This document shows, in pieces, positions 1 to 9,215 of a stretch of DNA of 64,000 nt (the first letter of the stretch is position 1; every line of letters begins with the position of its first letter). Made by a program: the position numbers and the translations under genes. The notes below the pieces were generated by a model that was given only the letters and a program-made list of their open reading frames with translations, was not told where the DNA came from and ran no database searches. This DNA is from Longimicrobiales bacterium (GTDB lineage: Bacteria > Gemmatimonadota > Gemmatimonadetes > Longimicrobiales > Gaopeijiaceae): assembly GCA_965238005.1 (NCBI GenBank), contig OZ250165.1:4384001-4448000 (forward strand), written 5' to 3'.

Positions 1-10
1 GCGGGATACC

Positions 11-1583
11 ATGGTGGACGGCGACGTCCAGGAGCGCCTGAATCAATACACGACCGTCCGCCTGTCGGCCGATATTGGCGCGCTGTCCGACGCGGATCGG
101 GACGTGGTCCGGCACCTTCTCGGAGCCATGGACGCCATGGACGACATCTACTGGCAGCAGGCGTATGGTGACCGTGAGGCCCTGCTCCATGAGGTGGAGG
201 GTGAAGCGGCGCGACAGCTCGTCGAAATCAACTACGGGCCATGGGATCGCTTGGACGGCGACGCGCCCTTCATCGAGGGCGTGGGCACCAAGCCCGCTGG
301 GGCGAACCTCTATCCGGCCGACATGACGGTCGAGGAGTTCGAGGTCGCCGCGACCGCGGCGGCCGACGGCGGTGATGCGCTGCGCGACCTGTACACGCTG
401 GTGCGACGCGTGGGTGATGGCTCGCTGACGACCGTTCCCTACCACGAGGCCTTTTCCGAACAGCACCAGACGGCCGCTGCGGCGCGCGTCCGAGGCTGCG
501 GATGAGCCAGGGCTGAAGCGTTACCTGAGCCTGCGCGCCGACGCCCTCCTCGACGACGAATACCAGGCCAGCGACATGGCCTGGCTCGACATGAAGGACA
601 ACGCCGTAGACGTCGTCATCGGTCCGATCGAGACCTACGAGGATCTGCTCTTCGGCTACAAGGCGGCCCACGAGGCCTACATCCTCATCAAAGATGAGGC
701 GTGGAGCGAGAGGCTGGCGCGTTTCGCGTCGCTGCTCCCCGGGCTCCAGCGCGGGCTGCCGGTGCCCGCCGCCTACAAGCGCGAGATGGTGGGATCGGAC
801 TCTGACCTGAACGCCTACGACGTGGTCTATTATGCTGGGCAGGCGAACGCCGGCTCCAAGACGATCGCCATCAACCTGCCCAACGACGAGGAGGTCCAGC
901 TCGCCAAGGGCACGCGGAGGCTGCAGCTCAAAAACGCGATGCGCGCAAAGTTCGACCGGATCCTAGCGCCCATCGCGGGAGAGCTCATCGCCGAGGACCA
1001 ACGCCAACACGTCACGTTCGACGCGTTCTTCTCGAACACGATGTTCCACGAGGTGGCGCACGGCCTGGGCATCAAGAACGCCATCAACGGCACAGGCACC
1101 GTCCGGGAAGCACTCCTCGAGACCGCGTCGTCCATGGAAGAAGGCAAGGCCGACGTCCTGGGCCTGTTCATGACCACGAGCCTGTTGGAGAGCGGCGAGA
1201 TCACCGAGGGCACTCTCGAGGACTACTACGTCACGTTCATCGCCAGCATCTTCCGCTCCGTACGCTTCGGCGCCACCAGCGCCCACGGGCGAGCCAACAT
1301 GGTGCGCTTCAACTACTTCCAGGAGCGGGGCGCCTTCACTCGCGACGACGCTTCGGGAACCTACCGGGTCGACTTCGACGCGATGCGCGAGGCCATGAAC
1401 GGGCTCTCCGAGCTGATCCTCACGCTCCAGGGTGACGGCGACCACGATGGCGCGGCCGCTCTCCTGGCCGAGAAGGGCGTGGTAGGCCCGGCGCTCCAAG
1501 CCGATCTGGATCGTCTGGGCTCGGCGGGCATCCCGGTAGACATCATCTTCGAACAGGGCGAGTCGGTGCTGTTTCCCGGGTAG
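11..1583 (+). pseudogene. M49-like (dipeptidyl peptidase III family) zinc peptidase, frameshifted near 485-495; true start may lie upstream of the window
   Basis: ORF 11..505 (INYGPWDRLDG, KPAGANLYP) continues in another frame as SEAADEPGLKRYLSLRADALL into ORF 576..1583, which has HEVAHGLG and EEGKAD motifs. Confidence 0.75.
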
Positions 1584-1645
1584 GTACCGCGGTCCAGCCT
1601 CTGGCGCAGGCTCTTACCTTCGACATACGGCATCACATAGAAGAT
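1583..1645 (-). pseudogene. Short remnant of a Ser/Thr protein kinase gene
   Basis: Minus strand reads IFYVMPYVEGKSLRQRLDRG, typical of the Hanks-type kinase subdomain V region; no other kinase sequence nearby. Confidence 0.6.
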
Positions 1646-1848
1646 TTACGGCGCCTTGAGGGACTCGCGTCTCATGATGGCCTCCTCGAGGGTCGGCGCG
1701 GAGGTGATGCGGCCGTGGTAGCGAACCGCGAAAAGCTTGAGCTGCGGCAGGTCGTTGTCCACATGGTGACCTGTTGGTGGACCGAACGGTCGTTCGCGCT
1801 TCGGAGAGGGGTATACGTATCTTTACGTCGTGAGCATACGTACACAGG

Positions 1849-2805
1849 TCAACTATCGCGACTCCCCCCGTTGTGCGCGTGGGCGAGGACCTCCACGACG
1901 CCGGAGACGCCCATGACGACCCGTGCAAATCGGTCGTAGTCGATCCGGTCCGGCGTGTCCTGAGGCGTGTGGTAGTGGGGGTACCGGAAGGGCGCGGTAT
2001 CGGTGATCATGACGCCCGGGTACCCCTCCCGCCAAAAGGACCACTGGTCGGACCAGCCGATCCCGGGGATCCACCGCGGGGCGGCTATGCCTTCCGAAGG
2101 AAACTCCGTCGACTCACGGAACGCGCGAATGGCTCGGCGAGTCAGGCTGCGTGACCCCAGGTTCCCGACGAACCCGACGAAGTTGCCTTTGTCCGGATAG
2201 AAGAGGCTGAACGGGAACGGGTATTTCTGGCTTCCCGGTTCGTCCGCATAGAACCCGATCGTCTCCAGGGAGAGCATCGCTACAACGTTCTCGTCACGCT
2301 CCCTGCACCTTCGTGCATACACGCGACTCCCCATCAGGTCAGTTTGGAAGAAGGGGGGTTCTTCGTTCACGAAGGCCACGAGCCGGACAGTCCGGTCCAT
2401 CGTCCGTGCGGGCAGCAGCCGGGCCAATTCAAGGACGGCGGCCGTTCCGGTCGTGTTGTCGTTGGCCCCGGCACAACCGGGCACGGTATCGTAGTGTGCG
2501 CCAACGATCACAATGTCACCGGGTGAGGCGGTCCCGGAGATCTCCACCTCGATATTGCGGACGGTCAGGGAAGGGTCGAGATGGATGTCGTAGGTCTGCT
2601 CGGCGACCTGGTATCCGGATCCATCGAACGCGCGGCGGATGTACTCCTCTGCCCTCGCCAGAGCGTTCGGCGTGAGCACGTTGCGCTCCCCGATGTCGCC
2701 TGCGAGAGCCCGGACATGGGACTCGAGCCGGCCTCGCAGCTCGGTCTCGTCCTCGGTCAGTTCCGGTAAGGGGCCGTGAAAGGACCGGCCCGGCATGCCG
2801 AACAT
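1849..2805 (-). CDS. M28 family metallopeptidase
   Basis: GAHYDT, GANDN, FVNEEPP, SLETIG, SDQ and YHTPQD motifs. Confidence 0.85.
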   Translation of the reverse strand: MFGMPGRSFHGPLPELTEDETELRGRLESHVRALAGDIGERNVLTPNALARAEEYIRRAFDGSGYQVAEQTYDIHLDPSLTVRNIEVEISGTASPGDIVIVGAHYDTVPGCAGANDNTTGTAAVLELARLLPARTMDRTVRLVAFVNEEPPFFQTDLMGSRVYARRCRERDENVVAMLSLETIGFYADEPGSQKYPFPFSLFYPDKGNFVGFVGNLGSRSLTRRAIRAFRESTEFPSEGIAAPRWIPGIGWSDQWSFWREGYPGVMITDTAPFRYPHYHTPQDTPDRIDYDRFARVVMGVSGVVEVLAHAHNGGSRDS

Positions 2806-2810
2806 TCAGC

Positions 2811-4208
2811 TCAATCCTCCGGACGCTCGCCTGCCGGAGCCATCTTCACGATACTCGGCTGGAACCGCGCTAAACTCTCCACGAGGTCCGCCTGGGCCGC
2901 CATGACCTCGTCGATATCCTTGTAGACCATCGGGGCCTCATCGATCCCGGCCGAAAGCAAGGTGACTCCCCGCTCATCGAGATACTTCTGAACGTCCGAC
3001 CACTTGAACATCTTTTTGGCCCGCGTCCGACTCATGACTCGTCCGGCTCCATGAGCGGCAGAGTTCAAAGACTCAGGGTGCCCCTTGCCGCGCACGACAT
3101 ACGTCGTACTGGCCATGGAGCCCAGGATGATACCAAACACTCCTTTGTCCGCCGGCGTGGCTCCCTTGCGGTGCACGATCACTGCCTCGCCATCGTGCTC
3201 CTCCTTCCAGGCGAAGTTGTGATGGTTCTCGAGGTCGAGCATCACCTGAGCGCCGAGATGTTCGGCGATGTGCCGGTGGATGCAGGCATGATTCGCCGCG
3301 GCATATCTGCCCATCAGTTCCATCGCCTCCCAGTATTCCTGGCCCTCCTCAGAGTCGAGGTCCAGCCACGACAGATGGGAAAGCTCATCCGGCAGCTCCG
3401 AATGTTGGCTCATGGCGATCTTGCTGTAGTGACCCGCGACGGTCGCGCCCGCGCCACGGCTCCCGCTGTGGCTCAGCAGGGCGAGATACTGGCCCCGCGC
3501 AAGGCCCAGATCGTCGTTGTCGACATCGAAAGTGCCGAACTCGACGAAGTGATTCCCACTGCCGGAGCTTCCCAACTGAGACCACGCCTTGTCCTTGACC
3601 TTGCTGGTAACCGCGGTAACCCTCCAGTCGTCGTCCATGACGGCGTGCTCTCGACGACGCTGGAAGTTTGCTCCGATTCCGAACCGCGTCTCCTTGTCGA
3701 TGGCCCCTTTGAGCCGGTCCGCATCGTCCTCGAGCATCGACGTTGGGAGATCGAGGACGGACATCTTCATCCGGCAGGCGATGTCCACGCCGACGGCATA
3801 GGGGATAACCGCGTTGCGAGTGGCCAGTACACCGCCGATCGGCAGCCCGTACCCCAGGTGCGCATCCGGCATGAGCGCCCCTCGCACGGCCACCGGAAGC
3901 TTGCACGCGTTCTCGAGTTGTCGCACCGACTCAGGCTCGATGTCTTGGCCCCACTGGCGGTAGGGCGCCGAGTCGACCCGGGGAACGTAGGACCTTCGCG
4001 CCTCCACCTTCGACAGCACAGCGGCTGCCAACTCGCCGAAGGTCCCGCTATCGCGAAACGCCTCGGGATCGGCCGCCAGGTCGCGAATCCGATCGCGAAT
4101 CGTGGCCATGTCGAGGCCGGCCCCTCTTGCCAGTCCGATCGCCTTTAGCGCAACCTGAACTGGTTCGCCCGAAGGAATGCCGAGGTCCCTCACTTCTCTA
4201 GCCTTCAT
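2811..4208 (-). CDS. rtcB: RtcB family RNA ligase
   Basis: DAHLGYG, VGVDIACRM, GSGNHF, HSGSRG, HHNFAW, HRKGATPA, HGAGR and DEAPMVYK motifs; GGGAGG upstream of ATG 4208. Confidence 0.92.
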   Translation of the reverse strand: MKAREVRDLGIPSGEPVQVALKAIGLARGAGLDMATIRDRIRDLAADPEAFRDSGTFGELAAAVLSKVEARRSYVPRVDSAPYRQWGQDIEPESVRQLENACKLPVAVRGALMPDAHLGYGLPIGGVLATRNAVIPYAVGVDIACRMKMSVLDLPTSMLEDDADRLKGAIDKETRFGIGANFQRRREHAVMDDDWRVTAVTSKVKDKAWSQLGSSGSGNHFVEFGTFDVDNDDLGLARGQYLALLSHSGSRGAGATVAGHYSKIAMSQHSELPDELSHLSWLDLDSEEGQEYWEAMELMGRYAAANHACIHRHIAEHLGAQVMLDLENHHNFAWKEEHDGEAVIVHRKGATPADKGVFGIILGSMASTTYVVRGKGHPESLNSAAHGAGRVMSRTRAKKMFKWSDVQKYLDERGVTLLSAGIDEAPMVYKDIDEVMAAQADLVESLARFQPSIVKMAPAGERPED

Positions 4209-4308
4209 CGTCGACCTCCCGCTTCGTGGTGCGATCGATTGCGATGGTCCAAGGGGAATTGAATTAAGCTCAGTCTGCTTCATCGGACACCGTGCGGATC
4301 GAGTAACC

Positions 4309-4332
4309 GCATATCACGAGGCATATCACGAG
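4309..4332. repeat. 12-bp tandem duplication GCATATCACGAG x2
   Basis: Direct reading; overlaps the stop codon of the M20 remnant upstream of rtcB. Confidence 0.9.
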
Positions 4333-5046
4333 GCCGAGTTGCGGATCTGCTGCACGAAGAACCGCACGATCTCGAAGTAGTTCTCGATCGAGATCCGCTC
4401 GTCGACGCCGTGAAGCCTGGTCAGATCCTCGTCCGTCATCCGCACGGGGATGAACCGGAAGATGTTCTCGGCGATCTCTTGGTAGCGCGGTGAGTCGGTC
4501 GTGCCCGTCGTCAGACCCGGAGCCACCACAACGTCCGGAAAGACCTGGTGGATCGTCCGCCGCAGCGTCTGGAAGGCGGGCGAGCTCGGGTCGGAGACGC
4601 GGGGCGGCTCGCCTGTGACCCCGCCATCTCCATAGGTAATGGAGTCGTCGTTCACCGTGGTGCGGACATGCTTGCGCACCTCGGCCGCAGTGTGGCCCGG
4701 AAGGATCCGGAAGTTCACCATCGCCGACGCACTGGTCGGTAGCACGTAGCGTCATCTTCCCGATCGCTTCCATGAGGGTGAGAGTGCCCGACTCCCTCTC
4801 GAAGTAGTTACGCAGGGCGAGGAACGGCTCAGGATCGAAGGCCTCCGGGTTCGCGTACGAGACCGTCCTGAACCTCAAGGCCTGGCTCAATCGCTCGATC
4901 GCGCCCGCCTCGTCCAGGCGGGCCGCGTCGATGGGCGCGACCTGGAGCTGCCTGCTCGTAAAGCGCGCGGTGTTCACCACCAGGATCGCGATCGTGCCGA
5001 TCAGGACCAGAGAGATCCCCAGAATCATCTTCATTACTCGGCTCAT
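4326..5046 (-). pseudogene. M20 peptidase (PM20D1/CPS-like) with large internal deletion and a foreign insert
   Basis: N-terminus (TM segment, ERLSQALRFRTVSY) at 5046-4800 and C-terminus (VLPTSASAMVNFRILPG, TTDS, LHGVDERIS) at 4745-4326 are in different frames; the catalytic middle is missing. Confidence 0.8.
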
Positions 5047-5434
5047 CGGTTCCCGCTCCCCGTGCCGGACCCGCCGGGATGTCCAGAGGCTACGATGGGC
5101 TCGCCGGGATACACCCCTCGAACGAGCTCCCCATCACGCACGACCAACCTTCCGGCGACCAGGACGTACTCGATCCCATCCGAGCCCCGGTGAGAAGCGT
5201 CGTACGTCCCAGGCTCACGCTGACGCGGGCGGGCATGTGCCCTGCCGAAACACCGTAGTTCACGATTGCCTTCCCTGCACGGTTCGCGATGAGATCTCCC
5301 ACGGGATAGGCTCCCAGCTCGAGATCCAGGGCCGTGGTCACTCCATCTCTGGCCTGAAGCGCGTTACTCGCGTTGTCCTGGCCGTGGGCATGGAGATCGA
5401 TGAAGCCCGGCGCGACCACGAGGCCGCTCACGTG
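5043..5434 (-). pseudogene. N-acyl-D-amino acid deacylase-like amidohydrolase remnant (two fused pieces)
   Basis: VSGLVVAPGFIDLHAHGQD...GVTTALDLELG (5434-5213), then a frameshifted C-terminus GTYD...DGIEYVLVAGRLVVRDGEL...PGEPI ending at TGA overlapping the M20 ATG. Confidence 0.8.
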
Positions 5435-5740
5435 GAGCGATGCCTCGAGCGTTCCCGCAGCCATCAACGCCCCCATCACGAGCTGCAGCCTCCACTGATC
5501 GGCAGTGGGCAGCCAAAGTACCACGCCCGGCAGCTCGCCCACCACCACAAACGTCAGAACCGTTACGGGCAGGAGACCAGCGACCGCGAGCCTCCACTGC
5601 ATCAGCTTGTGGTACTCGTGCTCCGTGAAGAGCGTCTTCATCCTCCAGGCGATGACTGCGAAGACGGCCAGGATGAGCGCCGGATAGCCGACGTAGGTGA
5701 AGGCCTTCCGCAGCACGTCGAACACCTCCGTCTCGTACAT
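5435..5740 (-). pseudogene. N-terminal fragment of a membrane protein, fused in frame to the amidohydrolase remnant
   Basis: AAGGAG upstream of ATG 5740 (MYETEVF...); 2-3 hydrophobic segments; abrupt switch to amidohydrolase sequence. Confidence 0.5.
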
Positions 5741-5788
5741 GATGTCTCTCCTTGCGTGAGTCGCGTCACGAGCCAGAGAAGGCAACCG

Positions 5789-7105
5789 GTGTGCCAGGAA
5801 GGGTCTTCCTCGCGGGCGGTCGCCGCAGCGGCCCCGGTGGTGCGGCTGGTGAATCATGTCCTGCACCAGGCGGCCGCGCTGGGCGCGAGCGACATCCATC
5901 TGGAACCGTCGGAAGGACAGGTCCTGGTTCGCTGGCGGATCGACGGAGTCCTCCGCCGCTCCCTTACGCTCCCCGGATCGAGCCTCGGCCCAGTGGCCTC
6001 ACGTATCAAGGTGATATCGGGAATGGATATCTCCGTGAAGCGTCGACCGCAGGACGGAGGCCTCGCGTTCCAACACGCTGGCAGCTCCCTGCGAGTGCGG
6101 GTCTCCACTTTGCCCACGGTCGAGGGAGAGAAGATCGTGCTGCGACTCCTCGACCCCCTCCAGGCTCCCCGTAATCTCGACGCGCTGGGTATGGCCCACA
6201 GGGACCTCAACTTGGTACGGAGACTGGGAGCATGCGGCCAGGGAGTGATCCTCGCAGCCGGACCCACCGGCAGCGGGAAGAGCAGTAGCCTTTTCGCTGC
6301 GCTGGCGGAGCTCAATCAGGAGGGCCTGAACGTGGTTACGGTGCAGGACCCGGTGGAGTACCGGATCCCCGGCATCAATCAGGTTCAGGTCAAGCCGCTG
6401 GCGGGCCTGACCTTTCCCGCTGCCCTACGGGCGATTCTTAGGCAGGACCCCGACATCGTGATGATCGGAGAGATCCGTGACCGCGAGACGGCGGAGATCG
6501 CCATGGCAGCAGCAGTGACTGGTCACCTCGTCCTGTCCACGATCCACACCACCGACGCCCCCGGGGCCATAACCCGGCTGCTCCACATGGGAGTACCTGC
6601 CTACCTGGTGGCCGGAGGACTCACGGGGGTCGTGGCCCAGCGCCTGGTCCGAACCCTCTGCCCCGTCTGTCGCGGACGTAGCGCCGAGGGGTGCGGGAGA
6701 TGCCCGGACGGCTATTCAGGGCGAACCGCCGTCTTTCAGGTGCTCGCGATCAACGACAGCATGCGAGACGAGATCATTCGAGGTGCGTCCACCGCCACGC
6801 TGCGACGCCTGGCTGTGGACAGCGGAATGGCCTCTCTCTCGGAAGACGCCCGCCGCAAGGTGGCCGAAGGCCTCACCACGCCACACGAAGTCGCCCGGGT
6901 CATTCAGACCGACGCCGGGGCCGTGGAGCCCTGCCCCCGGTGTGGGGGGGGGGAGATCCCGACAGAGGCCCTGGGGTGCCCCTACTGCGGCCTGACCGTG
7001 AGGCGGCTCTGCCGGTGCGGCTCCCAACTTCGACGAGGGTGGCGCTTCTGCCCTCTGTGCCTCCGCGCCATCATGGGCCCACCGCCGATGTCCGAGCCAC
7101 GATGA
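5789..7105 (+). CDS. PilB/GspE family secretion ATPase with C-terminal double zinc ribbon; N-terminal domain absent
   Basis: ASDIHLEP, RPQDG, Walker A GPTGSGKS, Asp box TVQDPVE, LRQDPD..IGEIRD, His box GHLVLSTIHT, CxxC motifs; start approximate. Confidence 0.85.
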   Translation: MCQEGSSSRAVAAAAPVVRLVNHVLHQAAALGASDIHLEPSEGQVLVRWRIDGVLRRSLTLPGSSLGPVASRIKVISGMDISVKRRPQDGGLAFQHAGSSLRVRVSTLPTVEGEKIVLRLLDPLQAPRNLDALGMAHRDLNLVRRLGACGQGVILAAGPTGSGKSSSLFAALAELNQEGLNVVTVQDPVEYRIPGINQVQVKPLAGLTFPAALRAILRQDPDIVMIGEIRDRETAEIAMAAAVTGHLVLSTIHTTDAPGAITRLLHMGVPAYLVAGGLTGVVAQRLVRTLCPVCRGRSAEGCGRCPDGYSGRTAVFQVLAINDSMRDEIIRGASTATLRRLAVDSGMASLSEDARRKVAEGLTTPHEVARVIQTDAGAVEPCPRCGGGEIPTEALGCPYCGLTVRRLCRCGSQLRRGWRFCPLCLRAIMGPPPMSEPR

Positions 7106-7122
7106 CGGCTTCCGCCGGGGCC

Positions 7123-7842
7123 TCAGCCTCCGAAGTGGCCCGAGACCTCTCGTAACAGGCGGCTGACCGGATCGTCTCCCTGGGGCCAGAAGTGGCGATC
7201 GGAGATCCGGTTGAGCGCCACACGTACCCCGCTGAAGTTGTCGGCGACGTCCCTGAGAAGGGCGTTCATGCCGAGCTCCTCCGCCTCCCGGCTCTTGGAC
7301 GCCAGCCGGTAGCCGTCGGCGCCCAGCTCCTCGAAATAGGCGATAGGTGGAGCGCCCCGGCGTCGGGTCCGCGCCTCCAGGTAGTCTGGGAACAGCCCCG
7401 ACATCCAGAGAGCGAAGTCTCCCATGTGCATCCGTAGGAGGAACTGCCGTCGTCCGCCCGCAGTCCGCATCTCCGAGACAATATCCACGAGGTAATGGAA
7501 TTCGCCGTCGTCCTGGGCGGAGATCCGATACGCCCGCCTGGCGCGTCCGAACGCAGCGATGAGCGAGGCGACGTAGTCGGCCGTGCCACGATCGTCGATG
7601 CCGCCTTCCAGGAGTGCCTGCCGAACCAGAACGTAAAAGACGATGGGGGGAGGCACGGAAACTTCGGGATCGCTGAGGAGTCCGTTCAGGACTCTGGGAT
7701 CATCCAAGAGGCTGTCGATCCCGTCCTCGTCGAGACGAAGTCGAGCAGCCTCCCATATTTCCGGATCGTCACGGGCTATGAGCGCTACCAGCTGCCGTGC
7801 GTCACGGCGGCTCAGCGAGGCCCGAATCGTGGGCATTATCAT
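7123..7842 (-). CDS. Conserved-looking hypothetical protein
   Basis: 239-aa ORF with strong RBS (AAGGAGGG), typical codon usage and helical composition. Confidence 0.75.
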   Translation of the reverse strand: MIMPTIRASLSRRDARQLVALIARDDPEIWEAARLRLDEDGIDSLLDDPRVLNGLLSDPEVSVPPPIVFYVLVRQALLEGGIDDRGTADYVASLIAAFGRARRAYRISAQDDGEFHYLVDIVSEMRTAGGRRQFLLRMHMGDFALWMSGLFPDYLEARTRRRGAPPIAYFEELGADGYRLASKSREAEELGMNALLRDVADNFSGVRVALNRISDRHFWPQGDDPVSRLLREVSGHFGG

Positions 7843-8102
7843 GGATCCCTCCTTTCCCGGCCGCAGGCTTCCTTGCCACCGGCTTCCGGCCGCCTCCACC
7901 GGTCACACCGACCGAGGTGGAAGCATCCGGAAGTGCCGGGATCGCGAAACGCCTCGAGCACCACTGCGCTCGCATGCGTTCCTGGTGCTATGCATGGTTG
8001 TCGGCCTGTTGGCGGCAAAACTCAAGCCGGCGGCCACACGCCCTCCTCTCCATAATACGTACATGGGCGATCCGGGGTCCGCCGGGAGATGCCCGCGCGT
8101 TT

Positions 8103-9203
8103 TCAGAATACCTCCTTTCGGACCGTTCGCTCCTCGATGAGATCCGTCCTGAGCTCCACCCCGATTCCCAGCCCCGGGGGAACGTGCATCTCGCCGTCCA
8201 CCACGACGAACTCGGGGTCTACGATGTCCTCGTGCCAGTAACGCCGGCTGGCCGAGATGTCCCCCGGCAGGGTGAAGCCGGGCAGCGTGGCCAGGGCCAC
8301 GTTGTGGGCTCTTCCGACGCCCGACTCGAGCATACCGCCGCACCAAACGGGAACGTCGTTTGCCACGCAGAGGTCGTGGATCGCCTTGGATGATTCGAAG
8401 CCGCCCACCCTCCCGGGCTTGATGTTGATGATGCGGCAGGCGCCGAGCTCGATGGCCAGCTCGGCATCGCCCAGCGACCGGATCGACTCGTCGAGGCAGA
8501 CCGGAGTCTCGAGCGTCTCCTGCAGGCGAGCGTGATCCAGATAGTCGTCGTAGGCGAGTGGCTGCTCGAGCATCATGAGGTCGAGGCCGTCCAGCGCCTT
8601 CAACTTGGGAGCGTCCTCCAACGTGTACGCCGAGTTGGCGTCGGCCATCATGGGAACGTCGGGGAATCGCTCACGGAGCCTCGTCAACATCTCGACGTCC
8701 CGGCCGGGCTTGATCTTGATCTTGATGCGCGAATATCCCTGCTCGACGAAGTCTCCGACCTTCCGATGCAGCTCGTCGTCCGTGGGCTGAAGACCGATGC
8801 TCACCCCGACTCTCACGGCGTCGCGGACCCCGCTGACGTGATCCGCCAGGCGCACGCCCTCGAGCTTGGCCTCTAGGTCGTATGCGGCCATCTCCACGGC
8901 TGCCCTGGCCATGCGGTGCCCACGGATCCAGCTCAACGGATCGAGCACCCGGGATGCCGTCGACGCCTCCGTCCCCACTACGCTCGGAAGGATGAACTCC
9001 GTGAGGATGTGCCAAGCGGTCTCCGTCGTCTCGTAGGAGTATCCGGGGGTCTCCCCCGCCACGCACTCACTCCAACCCGCCACGCCGTCGGAGAACAACG
9101 TCAGGAGCATGACGCGGCGGTCGTAGGCGACCCCACTCGAGATCTCGAACGGCTCCCTGAGCTGCATGCGCACTTCTCGTAACTCGATACGATCGATCTT
9201 CAC
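8103..9203 (-). CDS. menC: o-succinylbenzoate synthase / N-succinylamino acid racemase (NSAR/OSBS)
   Basis: Enolase superfamily motifs KIKIKPG, DANSAY, EQPL, LDESI, NIKPGRVGG, WCGGMLE, PGDISAS. Confidence 0.9.
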   Translation of the reverse strand: MKIDRIELREVRMQLREPFEISSGVAYDRRVMLLTLFSDGVAGWSECVAGETPGYSYETTETAWHILTEFILPSVVGTEASTASRVLDPLSWIRGHRMARAAVEMAAYDLEAKLEGVRLADHVSGVRDAVRVGVSIGLQPTDDELHRKVGDFVEQGYSRIKIKIKPGRDVEMLTRLRERFPDVPMMADANSAYTLEDAPKLKALDGLDLMMLEQPLAYDDYLDHARLQETLETPVCLDESIRSLGDAELAIELGACRIINIKPGRVGGFESSKAIHDLCVANDVPVWCGGMLESGVGRAHNVALATLPGFTLPGDISASRRYWHEDIVDPEFVVVDGEMHVPPGLGIGVELRTDLIEERTVRKEVF

Positions 9204-9215
9204 GGGGCTCCTCTC

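Noticed and set aside
4931..5788. Long N-terminal extension of the 724-aa PilB ORF
   Set aside because: It is the antisense shadow of the minus-strand fragments; PilB similarity begins only near 5830.
7860..7945. SRP RNA or sigma-54 promoter
   Set aside because: Lacks the SRP core TCAGGTCCGGAAGGAAGCAGC, and the TGGC...TGC spacing is off by one from GG-N10-GC.
8044..8066. Third copy of the ATACGTAC motif
   Set aside because: Only one half-site is present; it could be a -10 region or chance.
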